Positions 22,735 through 64,000 of a DNA stretch of 64,000 nt are shown piece by piece. The stretch's first letter is position 1, and each line of letters opens with the position of its first letter. Under the pieces are notes generated by a model. That model saw nothing but the letters and a program-made list of their open reading frames with translations, did not search any database and was not told the DNA's origin. Both the position numbers and the translations under genes were made by a program. Source of the DNA: Antedon mediterranea (taxonomy: Eukaryota; Animalia; Echinodermata); NCBI RefSeq assembly GCF_964355755.1, contig NC_092677.1, positions 17,010,101-17,074,100 on the forward strand. The letters are read 5' to 3'.

Positions 22735-25700
22735 TTATTTAATATCTGTATTCAAAACTTCGTCTGAAGTACTTTTAATAGTACTATAAGACTTCATTTC
22801 TTGTTTGGAAAAATGTTGGTTGAGAGGAAACTGCTCCTCTGCTTTCGCAAAAATTAAAAATATCGTTAGTCCAAATAACATGACTCCACTAACTATCTTA
22901 AACATCAAAGACCATTGTTCAAATGTGTTCTGAAAAATAATATTTAACCATTGTAATTATGCAGTTGATGAATATATGCCCATATTATATAATATGTATA
23001 AACTGTGGAAGAATCACCATAGGGGCCTAGGAGGAAACAGTCTAAATTTAACTAGAATAACATTAGATGTAATCTAAAGGAACAATTATCATCATATTGG
23101 TCGGAAAGAATCGATGAAATACAGACATGGGATAGAAAAGGTATGTTTTATCATGCATGTCATGTTGAAATTATCTGATGAAGACAAAAAACACAAAGAG
23201 TTGTCAAAATACATGGTATTAGGTACTAAAGAAAACTAATCTCTATCCCATTGTTATCTTCTAAACGCATTAAAAATGACACAACTAAAATAATACTTAC
23301 TGTGTCATTTGTTAATTCACCGATAATTGCTGGACCAACAATTCCAGAACAACTTGCTAAAGTTGTCATAACTCCTATGAGCACCCCGGAATAATGGTTC
23401 GTTATGTCCAATACGTTTGGAGTGATACTTGCGTTAGTACATCCGAATATACCAAATGCCAGCATCAGCAAGATCAGACATGATATGGCACTCTGTTTAA
23501 AAAAGTCCATACAAATAAGTAAAAAGGAAGGTAACCCAATACCTAGAAAAGAAATAATATATTAGCAAGTTATTATCATTACAGATTGTTCCTGTTTTTT
23601 GCTTTGTTTCTCATTCAATCCAACAGCAAGCAACTTGCCTATTATAGGATGGAAAAACTATAACCATCCTGCTTATAAATTAGAGAGTATTCCAGTAGCA
23701 AAATGAGTCGTAAGTTACAAATCTGGCTCTCGAATGGATTGAACTCTAGACCTTGAGGTGGAAGGCAATCATATTTTCACCCACTATCCACTACCTGCAG
23801 TACTATCATTGCATTCATGGAAATGGAAGTACTGTCAATTGTTTATAAAGTGTATTAAATCTTACCCAAAAATGTAAACAGCTTCCTTGTTTGCAAAATA
23901 GTCAAGTACTCACGATGAATAAAGAGATCTGCACATGCGCCAGAAAGTAGGACGAAGCAACAACTCACAATACCAAGGCTTGACGAAATCAGGCCGGTCT
24001 GAACAACAAAAAGTCATAATATGTTATAACGTACACCCTGTCTTAATGTAGGCGAGAACTCATGTTATGCTAATCTTTTATGCAATATATTTTTTGACTT
24101 ACCGCTTCTAAATCAAATCCTAAGATTTCTGTGATAAACGTCGGTGCTTCCGTAATAATGAAATAAAAACCAAAATTGTCGACAACGTAAACAGTGACTA
24201 CCGCCCATACCGCCGACGATTGAACTATACTCAACCATGGAATCGATATGCTCTTTAAAAAAACATGATTCAAAGGTTTTAAAATCTCCAGAATTTCAAT
24301 AATATTAGTGGTGTGGCAGTAGTAGTTACAGTAGTAACAGTACCAGAAGACTAGCAGCAATGGAGTAGCAGGATTATCAGCAGCAGCTACAACATCAGCA
24401 GTAGCAACAGTAGAAGTAGAAGCAATGGAGTAGAAACAATAGTAGCATTAGTAGCAGCGGCTCAGTAACAGGAGAAGTATGCAACAATAGTAGCAGTAAT
24501 AGGAGTACTAGAAGAAGAAGCAATGGATCGAGTAGAAGCAATAATAACATTAGTTTTGTTTTAAACATATTTATTGAGGGTGATCCATCCAGCAATTGCT
24601 GATCATTAGGGACCCTCAGAGGTTCTCTACGTAAGATGCTCTACATAAACAAAGTCTTATTACAAGTCTTTGGGAGTGGAGTTGTAATTTTGTTCTTAGA
24701 AAAAATCCTGATATGTGACGGGACTTGAACCCAGAAACCCTGGAGTGGTAGCCAAGCATCATAACCACTAAGCCACAACTCCACTCTGATGTCTGTAGTA
24801 GCAGCAGTGGTAGTAGCAGCAGCAATTGGGGTGGTAGTAATAGTAGCAGTAGAAGGCAGGAGTAGTATCAGTTAGCAGCAGAGGTAGTAGCAGCAGCAAT
24901 GGGGTGGTAGTGATAGTAGCAGTAGAAGGCAGCAGCAGAGGTAGTAGCGGCAATAGCAGTAGCAGCAGTAGTATTACAGCAGCAGCAGTATAGCATTATT
25001 AATAGCATTATTTATTATAAAATAAGGAATATATTTTATATGAATACATTATTATTATATACCTTAATTTTCTTTTCATTTTCAGTGTCAAAACTCTTTA
25101 TGTATTCGATTTCCCTACTCGATATATATGGATCTTCATCCGGAGTTTCGTAAATTAGGAGAACCCATACTGTTGCAGTAACAATTGAAAGGATACCTAA
25201 TTTGAATTGAATTGAGTCGTTAAAAGTCAAGACAGGTCAGATTAAAATAATATGCTGATCAGAATATATTATCAGTCGGTATATTATTAATAATTATATG
25301 GCAAGCTACATCATTTCAATAAGAATGGTCAGATGATGAAATGTTAGGTATCGTCATGTCTGTATCATTTAGGATAGATGATTAGATGATGAGGTCATAT
25401 ATACCCCTCACTCACATAACGTGATAATTATCTATGCATCTAGACATCACAAGCTTCCTCACAACACAATGATATACATAAAAATATCCAAGTTACTGTA
25501 TGTATAAAATGATAACGGCCATCCACCCAATGTGTAAGCAGAACAAATCCAAGCAGACAGAGGATTACAGATAACTTGAGAAAATGTAAAACCTGTAAAA
25601 CAACATTTAAACGAGTTTGGTGTGTATTAAGTATAGAATCAAGAAATTTAGTTAGCAACAGGTATCAGGACATATTAGGCCTATTATGATAAGTTTTCAA

Positions 25701-27516
25701 GTAGGAGCTCCAGTTATCTCAACGAGTAGTACTGGTCTGAAGTTTAAATAACTTTAAACGTATTTTCTAGACACACAATGGTCTCAATTTTCTCCAGAGT
25801 TTGACCGTATGCACGAAGAAAAGAATTTAATCATTGTAATAACCAGCTTGGACAATTGAAAAGGCCTATTAGGAAACACAGAACACGTTTTAAAATACAT
25901 TGATCAACGCTGTTGTGTCAATTATAGCCTGTTACAACACTCAATGGAATATTAATACATGTAATTTAATAGTTTACCAAAGAAAGCAATGGATACAAGG
26001 ATACTTCGTTCATGTGGAACAGTCCATTTTCCCAGTATAGCCACTATTGCTCCATTTGTTAGTCCCTGATAAGAAAAGACATTTGACGCTAGTAATAGGC
26101 CTAACCATTTTGTTTGATATTTTTTTATAAATGCATTCATTGTGTAATCTACGAAAAGAAAGTATAAATAATTGCAAGAATGTATTTTTGAGATTCATGA
26201 CGATCATATAAAATGGAAATAAACTACTGTACACAAACCAAAAGTGGTCTCGGTAGTCTATTTCGTGAGATACCACGTAGACTCTACATAAAACAAAATA
26301 ATTATTTATTTGGATTTTAAACCTTTGTAATTATGCAATAAACAAAGTAGCTAAAAAGTCGACGTAAGTCAACAAATAAACTGCCTTCAATTTTACTATT
26401 GTTAATACAGGATCGTTATTTTTTACTGCAGCAATTCATGAATTTAATCGTTAATCGTTTTAACGATTAACGATTAAAAATTTAAAAATTTAAAAATTCT
26501 AACCAATGAAGAGGTTATCACAAACTGTGTTTAGTAGTTGTATAACAGGTAGTGATCTTATGAAATAAACTAGAAAGTCTAATAATAATATGCTTTAATA
26601 ATATTCACTGACCTGTGCCATGCCGTCTAGTACACGTAGAACTATAAGAAAATCACTGCTAATCCCCGCTGACCAAGGTATTAGTGCTGTCAGAATACTC
26701 GACAAAATAAGTGCACAAACAGTTATTGGTTTCCCACCAACTCTGCAAGCCAACCAACCTCCTGGGAATGCTGTTACAGTATAGCCATAATAAAAACCAC
26801 TAAGTATCATTTGACGTGTTTCTTCATTCCAAGCGTAAGTTGCTATCTAGTGACAAATAAAACATTTTTATATTTAGGAACTGATTAAAATAATTTTACA
26901 GTGGCAGAGGGTATGATATTGAATGATTTTGGTCCATATTGAATAAAGATAACTCGAGATGCATGCTTTTGCGAACCTTGACCAAAACAATCAATCAAGA
27001 TAGGCATGTGGTCTGTTGCAAAAGAAGGCGAACTCTGTGAAAGTTGTGGACGTTATCGTACAAGGAAACTTGCATATGCCAATTCCAAACACACTAAGTG
27101 CTTACGAATGCATTATAACATTTTGCCAAATTCAGGTGAAGTTAACACGTTCCTGTTTTCTTGCTTGCATTTTAATAAATAACGTGGTTAAGAACAAGGC
27201 CATATACATGGCTGCAGTGGCGTGTCAAATTTGAGTTAGTGTTTAGCGACCGACCGACCGACCGGCCAACCGACCGACATAGTGAGCTGTAGAGTCGCGT
27301 TTGCACGCGACTAAAAAAAGTAGATACAGCTCAGCTTACCTCTGTGTCAAATTGTTGTGATGACGTCTCTGTTGTCGCCGTTCCATTTAAATTGTCCCAT
27401 TTAGTCGATGTTTTCGTTTGAATCATTTCAACTATGGCAATATTAAGATTCAGTCTCATACAATAAAAACAAAACTTTGCCATGGAACACATTACAGCTA
27501 CTAGATAACGCTTCAT
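22735..27516 (-). CDS. SLC17-family (sialin-like) MFS anion transporter, copy C, 9 exons, about 482 aa
   Basis: Exons in + coordinates: 27340-27516, 26613-26846, 25978-26065, 25497-25592, 25063-25196, 24103-24252, 23866-23998, 23301-23542, 22735-22929. GT-AG sites with consistent phases. SLC17 motifs YCMRLNLNIA, ILSGFYYGY..PGGWLA, LRVLDG, GWP.SFY, YETP..DP.IS..E..YI, IPWLSI..S.AVWA, NVLDITNHYSGVLIG. An extra upstream exon cannot be excluded. Confidence 0.85.
24310..24995. repeat. Degenerate (AGC/AGT)n intronic microsatellite; paralogous tracts at 2140-2300 and 11860-12015
   Basis: Trinucleotide low-complexity tract in intron 5 of all three SLC17 copies, expanded in copy C. Confidence 0.85.
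24550..24790 (-). mobile_element. tRNA-derived SINE inserted in an AGC/AGT microsatellite
   Basis: A box TGGCTTAGTGG, B box GGTTCAAGTCC, body, AATAAA and an A-rich tail. Confidence 0.7.
27192..27319. mobile_element. Mini HINE/Helentron-like element
   Basis: Same family as 3958-4060, with terminal hairpin AGTCGCGT-TTGC-ACGCGACT. Absent at the homologous position of copies A and B. Confidence 0.65.
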
Positions 27517-28036
27517 ATTGACGATCTCTGTAGTTTGACAATTCAATCTTAGTGGATTCACCTCTTAAGTTTAGACTTTTAGGCCCAGGTATACTATTAA
27601 TATAGAAACGTTACTGCAGTCTATTAGGAATTTCTAAGTTAATGCAGGTATTTACCTTTAATACGCATACTAGTCAATTATTAAAAGATGACAAGCATGA
27701 ATTGATTTCGATACTATTCTTTAGATGACAATACTACTTATTGAAATCGGAATAGTATTGGTCACAGTTGAAGGTCTGTCATTATAAAGATTGTACGTTT
27801 TTAAAGAAAACTTTGATTGTTTTGATAACTTGAAAGGGTAATGAATACCGTAATAGTATTTCAAAAATATACAATATACAACAGATGCCTCAACCAGTTC
27901 GAGACGTGACATGCTTCAAATATTATTTCTTATGCTACATATATAGCTGCAAACATTTCCCGCCAAGGAGGTTATGTAGTCGATAATGTGTGTTTGTCTG
28001 TTTGTTAGCAGATTACTTAAAAAGTTATTGCCAGAT

Positions 28037-31000
28037 CAGGCCCGTAGCCAGGGTTTTTTTTTTATGGTTCGGGCGAACCCCCCTTTACAGCGACCCCCCC
28101 CCCCCCCACCTTAACCGACTGCTAACCCCTATCCCCGACATCCACAATACCTCACCACACCCTCATCTCTGAAAATCCTCCAAATACGTGCCCCACAATA
28201 CAAAAGGTTGTTTGTAAATTGAAAAATTCGTAAACTCGTTCGTGAATAACTCATACCTTATTGTTAAACAAATGAATTGGTTGCCGATTTTCACCTGAAA
28301 AATAATACGAATTTTTGGTCCCAGGATGTAACATGATATTGACGCGAGCTTGGGCACGAACGAATCGTACAAAGAACACCGCTAGACAACCGCGTACCTA
28401 TTGTTTCGATCACTGGCAGTCAGCATGCATAAAGTATATAGCCTTCCGACGTACATCAAAAAATGGAACGTTGCGGTTACCTACAATATTTATGTGTGCC
28501 TATGAAGTATAGTGTATCATCATCATAGAGGATTATAGTGAATTTAATATACTAGATGGCACGCTCGCTTCGCTCGCGTACCATCTAGGGGTGCTCACAG
28601 ATGGTTCTCGAATACAGTAGAATCCACGGACGGGGACTTTTTTGGGACACTAAACAAAAACGGAAGTGTCCCCCTAATTGGGGTATTCAGAAATAGAGAC
28701 AACAAAACCAATACTGGATTCCATAAAGGACAATTAATTTATGTGGATTAAAGAAATTAGGGAGAAATGGAAATGTATGTACGGGAATTGGGCGGCGGCA
28801 CGTGGTGGTGGTGATGGAACCGCAGTAATAAAGTTGATTGTATTTATATATTATAAGAACCAAACTAAATAAATAGACCTAGACATTCTGCGAAATGGAA
28901 ATCGGAAATTCAAGCTCCTATTCAGTGAAAAATTAAACTGTAGTCTACCTAAATATTTAGGGCAAATCATCGGTTGTGGTGTTGAACTTCCTGTAAACAT
29001 TTGTGTGAACCAAACTGGGTCGAATTTCTGTCAAGAGTACTGATTTGTTGGCCTGTGATTTATGACGCCTAAGGGATCTATCTAGACTTATTTTTTAGAA
29101 TAATGTACGTACCTGTCAGATACAATTGTCTTGTGTCGTATAATAAATAAGTACTGTAATAGTTACTGAAGTTACTATTACAATCTCGTCAATGAAAACA
29201 CGAAAATGTATATGCACTTACTTATGAAAACGTATACAGTATTACTCAGTTATTGAAACAGTAGGTTTAAAAAAGTTTCGTTTGTCTGTAAAATGATGTA
29301 ATCAAGCTGTTTACATGAGTCTTAATTTATAAGCACATCAATAATAAAATAGTTTATCTATCCTGTAATTGGCGAGATTATGGTCGCTGTTGAATGAAAT
29401 AAAGCCAATCGGTATCATATTTGTACAGAAACGTTTTCGCGGCCGAAGGGTGTAACCTAAATTCGTTGTATTATCGTCAAGAACTAACTGTAACTAAACT
29501 TACATAGAAAGTAGGGTATCATAAATTTGGCCTTAGCACTCGGGGGAGTGGCTAAGATGAAGTCCGTGGGACTACTAAATATAAATTGTAATGAACCTCG
29601 AGGGACATAAATAGGAATATTTCATGTTTCATTATCAATGTATAATAAATGGAAACTGTTTACCGATTCAAATAATAGAAATTGGTTTTTAACATTTTCC
29701 GAACCTATTGCAAGTTTATTCTCAAAGGGCCCATATATTTACCTACCGTATGTGTTAAACCAAGGCCTCATAAATTTACCTACAGTACTTGTGTTAAACC
29801 AAACTGGATGTTCCATTCATCGCAAATCAATACATTTGTATAATCGTATATTAAATCTATCAAAATAGTATTTTTTAAAGAAAATCGGCCTGTCTTCAAC
29901 ATTATGATGGTGTACTCTAGCAATCTATCAAAATAGTATTTTTTAAAGAAAATCGGCCTGTCTTCAACATTATGATGGTGTACTCTAGCTGTTCAACCGG
30001 TTTTCAGCTATTAAAAACAATTATCGTAGGAGGAGATAGGAAAATGCGAAGCCTCCTCGCTATGTAACATTAGGGTTGAGGGATGGGAAAGCGGATAGGT
30101 ACAAAGAGGAACAATTTTTAAATATATTCTTTATCCACTGAGTAACGAAATATTTTGTTCATGTTTTATAGGCCTATAAATAATATACCTCTAAATACAG
30201 TAGGCCTAAAACATTTGCGATTTAATACTTTGTTAAAACTGTCACTGTCATAATCGATTGAAATATTAAAGTACATGTCACGATACACCACTACGACGTT
30301 TATATTTTTGGTAATTATTAATTAATACAAACGTTGAGAAGGAACTGTCAGTATAAAGTTTATTTGTATATCTAACAGTAGAGCCTATCCACAGTCTCAG
30401 TAATAAAGTTTATTTGTATATATTTTTATATAGGCCTAACATCTCACAGTAAGAAATGTTCGATTCAAATGAAAAATAGTTAATAGGTATTTACAGTATT
30501 GTCAAAGTATTGCAAGTTTATTCTCAAAGGGCCCATATATTTACCTACCGTATGTGTTAAACCAAGGGCTCATAAATTTACCTACAGTACTTGTGTTAAA
30601 CCAAACTCTGGCAGACTGAGAGATTGGGATGTTCCATTCATCGCAAATCAATACATTTGTATAATCGTATATTAAATCTATCAAAATAGTATTTTTTAAA
30701 GAAAATCGGCCTGTCTTCAACATTATGATGGTGTACTCTAGCTGTTCAACCGGTTTTCAGCTATTAAAAACAATTATCGTAGGAGGAGATAGAAAAATGC
30801 GAAGCCTCCTCGCATTTTTTTGGCGGGTATTTTTCAAGATGGACATCCATTAGACAGTGTATACCACGATCGGAAAACACCCCTATTTGGGGCAAATCTT
30901 TGAACCTAAATTCGTTTTAATCGTCAATAACTAATTATCTAACTCAATTTAATTAGTAAACAGGGTTACATCAGGCGGTTAAAATCAGTACCGAAAGTAC

Positions 31001-34000
31001 GAACCAACTTTACATACCATCGAGTGAAAATTCTAGAAGTAAGGCGCGATTTACCGAATTTTGCCCTTACGTAAATTTATATATAGACTAGATGGCACGC
31101 TCGCTTCGCTCGCGTACCATCTAGGTCGTGCCCACAGATGGTTCTCGAATACACAGTATTTTCCAGCGAGAAAAAAATGGAGATTTCAAATGTACGTACT
31201 GCAGGACTATAATACATTGTCGTTTACAGAAACGAATAATACACGATGATTTATGTAGTCAGCTAAAATTAGCACCCTGGGAATTACTTCCGAGAGAGAA
31301 ACAAAATGAGTCAAATTTTTTTATTTGGACTCATTTAAACAAACCCAATTTGTGTTTTGTATGTAACATTAAGGGTTGAGGGATGGGGAAAGAAGATAGG
31401 TACAAAAAGGAAACATTTTAGAATATATTCTTATCCACTCAGTAACGAAATATTGTTTTTAATGTTTTATAGGCCTATAAATAATATACCACTAAATACA
31501 GTAAAACATTTACGATTTAATACTTTGTTAAAACTCTCACTGTCATAGTCTATTGAAATAGTAAAGTACATGTAACGATACACGTACCACTACGTACGTT
31601 TATATATTTTTAAATTATTAATTAATACAAACGTTGAGAAGCAACTGTCAGTAATAACGTTTATTTATTTGTATATTATATGTTTATAATCTAACAATAC
31701 CTTAACAGTATTGTACAGCATTGCAATACTATTTATGTTTATTCTCCAAGGGGGCCCATAAATTTAAATCTATACCTCTATGGTTAAACCAAATAATTTG
31801 GAATGTTCCATTCATCACAAATCAATACATTTGTAAAAACGTATATTACATGTATCAAAATAGCATTTTTTAAAGAAAATCGGCCTGTCTTCAACATCAT
31901 GATGCTGTACTCGAACTGTTCAACCGGTTTTCAGCTATTAAAAACAATTATCGTAGGAGGAGATAGGAAAATGCGAAGCGTGCTCGTATTATTGTGTGCG
32001 GGTATTTTTCAAATTGACATCCATTAGACAGTGTATACCACGATCGGAAAACACCCCTATTTGGGGCAAATCTTTGAACCTAAATTCGTTTTAATCGTCA
32101 ATAACTAATTATCGAACTCAATTTAATTAGTAAACAGGGTTACATCAGGTGGTTAAAATTAGTACCGAAAGTACGAACCAACTTTATATACCATCGCGTA
32201 AACATTCTAGAAATAACGCACGATTTACCGATTTTTGCCCTTACGTAAATTTATATATAGACTAGATGGCACGCTCGCTTCGCTCGCGTACCATCTAGGT
32301 CGTGCCCACAGATGGTTCTCGAATACACAGTATTTTCCAGCGAGAAAAAAATGGAGATTTCAAATGTACGTACTGCAGGACTATAATACATTGTCGTTTA
32401 CAGAAACGAATAAATATACACGATGATTTATGTAGTCAGCTAAAATTAGCACCCTGGGAATTACTTCCGAGAGAGAAACAAAATGAGTCAAATTTTTTTA
32501 TTTGGACTCATTTAAACAAACCCAATTTGTGTTTTGTATGTAACATTAAGGGTTGAGGGATGGGGGAAGAAGATAGGTACAAAAAGGAAACATTTTAAAA
32601 TATATTCTTATCCACTCAGTAACGAAATATTGTTTTTAATGTTTTATAGGCCTATAAATAATATACCACTAAATACAGTAAAACATTTACGATTTAATAC
32701 TTTGTTAAAACTCTCACTGTCATAGTCTATTGAAATAGTAAAGTACATGTAACGATACACGTACCACTACGTACGTTTATATATTTTTAAATTATTAATT
32801 AATACAAACGTTGAGAAGCAACTGTCAGTAATAACGTTTATTTATTTGTATATTATATGTTTATAATCTAACAATACCTTAACAGTATTGTACAGCATTG
32901 CAATACTATTTATGTTTATTCTCCAAGGGGGCCCATAAATTTAAATCTATACCTCTATGGTTAAACCAAATAATTTGGAATGTTCCATTCATCACAAATC
33001 AATACATTTGTAAAAACGTATATTACATGTATCAAAATAGCATTTTTTAAAGAAAATCGGCCTGTCTTCAACATCATGATGCTGTACTCGAACTGTTCAA
33101 CCGGTTTTCAGCTATTAAAAACAATTATCGTAGGAGGAGATAGGAAAATGCGAAGCGTCCTCGTATTATTGTGTGCGGGTATTTTTCAAATTGACATCCA
33201 TTAGACAGTGTATACCACGATCGGAAAACACCCCTATTTGGGGCAAATCTTTGAACCTAAATTCGTTTTAATCGTCAATAACTAATTATCAAACTCAATT
33301 TAATTAGTAAACAGGGTTACATCAGGTGGTTAAAATTAGTACCGAAAGTACGAACCAACTTTATATACCATCGCGTAAACATTCTAGAAATAACGCACGA
33401 TTTACCGATTTTTGCCCTTACGTAAATTTATATATAGATTACACTATAATATCTATGGTATCATGTACTGTAGTTTACATTAGGCCTATGGCATTCGATT
33501 ATTTTTTTCTAGACCACCAGCCGATACGTAGGCCTACTCAACTGTATCAATACCACCTATTTACATTGAGTATTATTTAGTTTCCTCAACAAATTGCTGT
33601 AAATAAATATAGATAGAGCTATCAGGGGCGGTCGCAGGACTATTTTAAGAGGGTTGCCCAAAGACTCCAGGGCTGTAGACACTGAGTATTTGAGCAAGCA
33701 AATTGTTAAATGACACCCCTAGATGGCCGCAAATAGTACTCTCGCACGTAAATTTATGATAATTTTTTTTTCGTTCAATGCAAACGTCACGGGGAAGTCT
33801 CCGATTAAGGTACTTTTGGTACGGTAATACATTCTAATAACTGTACTCAATTAATGTAAATTAATTATCAATTAATAATTTTAAAAAGTTGTACAAAAAA
33901 TATGAAGCAGTTGCTATAAATATATTGAGCAAAAGGTTAAATTGTATAATTTGGAATTTTAATTCATTTAAAAATGCTAAATAAAGTCAGATGTTAAAAC

Positions 34001-35298
34001 CACATTTTCCAAAAATTCATTTTCATTTATCCACTATAAACTTTACAAAAGTGTTGTTTTAAACCACACTCCAAATAAAACAAAGAAAATAATGATAGGA
34101 AATTTGCAGAAAGAAGCAAACTTTGCTCTGTTACCGGTATAACACGGTTCAAATTTTGGAACGTCTATAAATTACTACGGAAATTCGGCCTATTTACGAC
34201 GAACGTACGGAAATGAAGATAAATAGGGTACTACACGCATCGGAAATACAACACTATACGCACAATTATGATTTGGCCTAAAAATTGGCCTTAGATTATG
34301 GAAAACCCCCGGCAAAACGCAATAATTATGGACAAATCGATTATTAGCCTTGGCAATATGCCTAATATTTAAAAGGAATGAATATAGGCTATATTTCGTT
34401 TGTCGATGAATTTTTTAAATCATGTGTGAATGATTGATCCATTAGAGATAATCGGTGATGGTTCTAGTAACACTGCTATGCGTGCGTAATTTGTGAATAA
34501 CGTAGTAGTATGCTACATACACGAGCCTAGATAGGGAGGATCTGTACTGTCGTTCATTGCGAGAGGAGGGGGAAGTCCGGTAATGTGTCATAAAAAATGT
34601 AACAAGCCAGAGATGAAATAAAATTACATTTAGCTGATTGTCGTTGTTTTAGTCGTCGTCAGAAGTTTATCGACCGACATCTATTTGTCTAAAGTAGAGC
34701 GTTTCTTTGATTGAATAATTTTTTTTATATTATAACACAAGTTCATTTTGGATTTTCAGTAAATTACCAATGGTTTATTCAAAGTCAAACTGTAACTAAT
34801 CCCTCACTATTCAATCAAAATGTTATTATACTACTATATTGTTGAAAAATGGATTGCGTGACATGAAAATAGATTGATAGTAAAATGTAATAAAGACACG
34901 TTCTTGTCTGGTTATTAGGTATGCATGCTCTGATAAAGCTAAAGGATTATTTTTGTAGCGTTCCATTTAAAATAGATTTTATTACAAAGAAATATTTTGG
35001 TTGTGAAGGTCGTTTTAACAATTAGGCTAATATCAAAACATTCAACAATGATAAAATGCCCTGCAACTCTGTAACTACTTTATGACTAAGCCTATCAAGT
35101 TCCGTGTCCGGATGGTATACGATGAAATGGAACTCAATTTCAATTTAGTGGCAGAAACAACATTTAGTATGAAATTAATTAAGGCTGTTGCCCGGGCCAC
35201 AAGGGAAACACAGTGACAGTGGGACAGTGACCCAAATACTTAGTGTCCGAACCCCCCCCCCCCCCCCCCCCCCTTGACAGATCCTGGCTACGGCCCTG
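28037..35298. mobile_element. Composite non-autonomous TIR element with a 5-bp TSD (hAT5-like, inferred)
   Basis: Termini CAGGCCCGTAGCCAGG and CCTGGCTACGGCCCTG. TSD CAGAT at 28032-28036 and 35299-35303. The flanks rejoin into one repeat of the family seen at 18502-18700. Confidence 0.75.
28552..33438 (-). mobile_element. Non-autonomous Helitron tandem array, 3 units (28552-31087, 31088-32261, 32262-33438)
   Basis: Intact A|TC...CTAG|T outer termini, precise CTAG|TC junctions at 31087/31088 and 32261/32262. Units 2 and 3 are almost identical (1174 and 1177 bp). Confidence 0.9.
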
Positions 35299-35649
35299 CA
35301 GATCTTTACCAAATTAAAACCACAGATAAGGACCACTCAATTTCGGATGCAATCCAAACTAGGATCCCAATTATGGACAACATTTTCATACCAGCTGCTA
35401 GTGTTTAATATGTGCTAGAATCAATTAGGCCTATCTTTCTCTTGAACCATCATTTTCATTGTTATCACGCAAAAACATTCGAACAACGTTTGTCGTGTAT
35501 TTTCACCTTCATCGTATTTGAGAATTATTATAATTATTACTTCAGAATTAAAGGTGACCTTGAACTTACTATGAAAGCTGCTGCAATGTGGATATGGAAT
35601 CATATGCAAATTAAGCATATCGGATGAAGTATACACATTTTTAAAAGAG

Positions 35650-35766
35650 CGTGGGTGGTGGTGGTGGTGGCGGTTGGTGAGAGGTATGTATTAGCGCCAC
35701 TGTTACCGTTGGTGGCGCTATGTTAGTAACCGGCGTCGAAATTAAAACGATAGTTCAACGTGCATC
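35650..35766 (+). promoter_or_regulatory. Probable SNRNP200 proximal promoter / 5' UTR
   Basis: GC- and CpG-richer patch directly before the ATG, with a (GGT)n tract and an inverted pair TAGCGCCAC/GTGGCGCTA (35692-35720). Confidence 0.45.
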
Positions 35767-63558
<27,792 letters not shown>

Positions 63559-64000
63559 TAGATTCAACCTGTCAGTGACGGTTTCATCGCTGTTGGTTGT
63601 CAACTGAATAAAATTAAAATAAATACTGTAACTATAAAATTGTCATTATTATAAAAACAAATGTGTACATAAATTACTAAGAATTGCTATCAGAAATATC
63701 ATTTGTAAAGTCATCTCCCAAAAGAAAACCGACATTTCTTGGGGTCCAGAAGGTCCCAAATTAATTTTTACCATTAGAAACACATTCCAAATACCAGACT
63801 TTCCAGAAAACCAGACCTATTAAGCCAGCCCAAAGGTGTCCGGTATTGGGAAAGTTTAGCTAATTGTTTGATGCTACTTTTTATTACTTATATGCAAGAT
63901 TGTTATATAGCACCCCTATGTATCTACTCTTTATAGTGCCTCTGTTGATTAGGTTGTATTTTTAATCATTAACATACAACACACTGATGCGCGAGACACT

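Noticed and set aside
27517-27561. GTG/TTG-initiated N-terminal extensions of SLC17 exon 1 given in the ORF track (also 19715-19741)
   Set aside because: These are non-ATG starts from a prokaryote-style ORF caller and are not conserved between copies. The first shared ATG is MKRYLV.
31061-33580. Repeated short ORFs in the 1.17-kb units (MPLRKF.., MFHSSQ.., also MLKTGRF.. at 14994, 16769 and 30541)
   Set aside because: They recur only because the DNA is repeated. Frames are not kept between variants and no RepHel motifs are present.

Overview
AT-rich, intron-containing animal genomic DNA. An invertebrate deuterostome such as an echinoderm is inferred from the Deu-domain SINEs and the abundant TAGGCCTA motifs, not proven. 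The left half (1-27.5 kb, minus strand) is a tandem array of SLC17-family (sialin/VGLUT-like MFS) anion transporter genes. It holds two apparently intact 9-exon copies (C 27516-22735, B 19714-10414), one disabled copy (A 8668-274), an orphan exon-1 stub and a stranded alternative C-terminus. The right half (35.8-64 kb, plus strand) is the spliceosomal helicase SNRNP200/Brr2: 33 exons with consistent phases, about 1776 codons, running off the window. Three of its introns each carry a copy of a likely H/ACA snoRNA, every copy followed by a conserved half-hairpin echo, and another intron carries a near-intact minimal hammerhead ribozyme. Mobile DNA is dense and nested. It includes two head-to-tail Helitron concatemers (one with its empty site visible in a paralogue), CAGG-ended elements with 5-bp target-site duplications (TSDs), a Penelope element, a Helentron with an AP-endonuclease remnant, Tc1/mariner- and Kolobok-like elements, SINEs, tRNA-like cassettes and LINE tails. 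All calls were made by eye without database searches.
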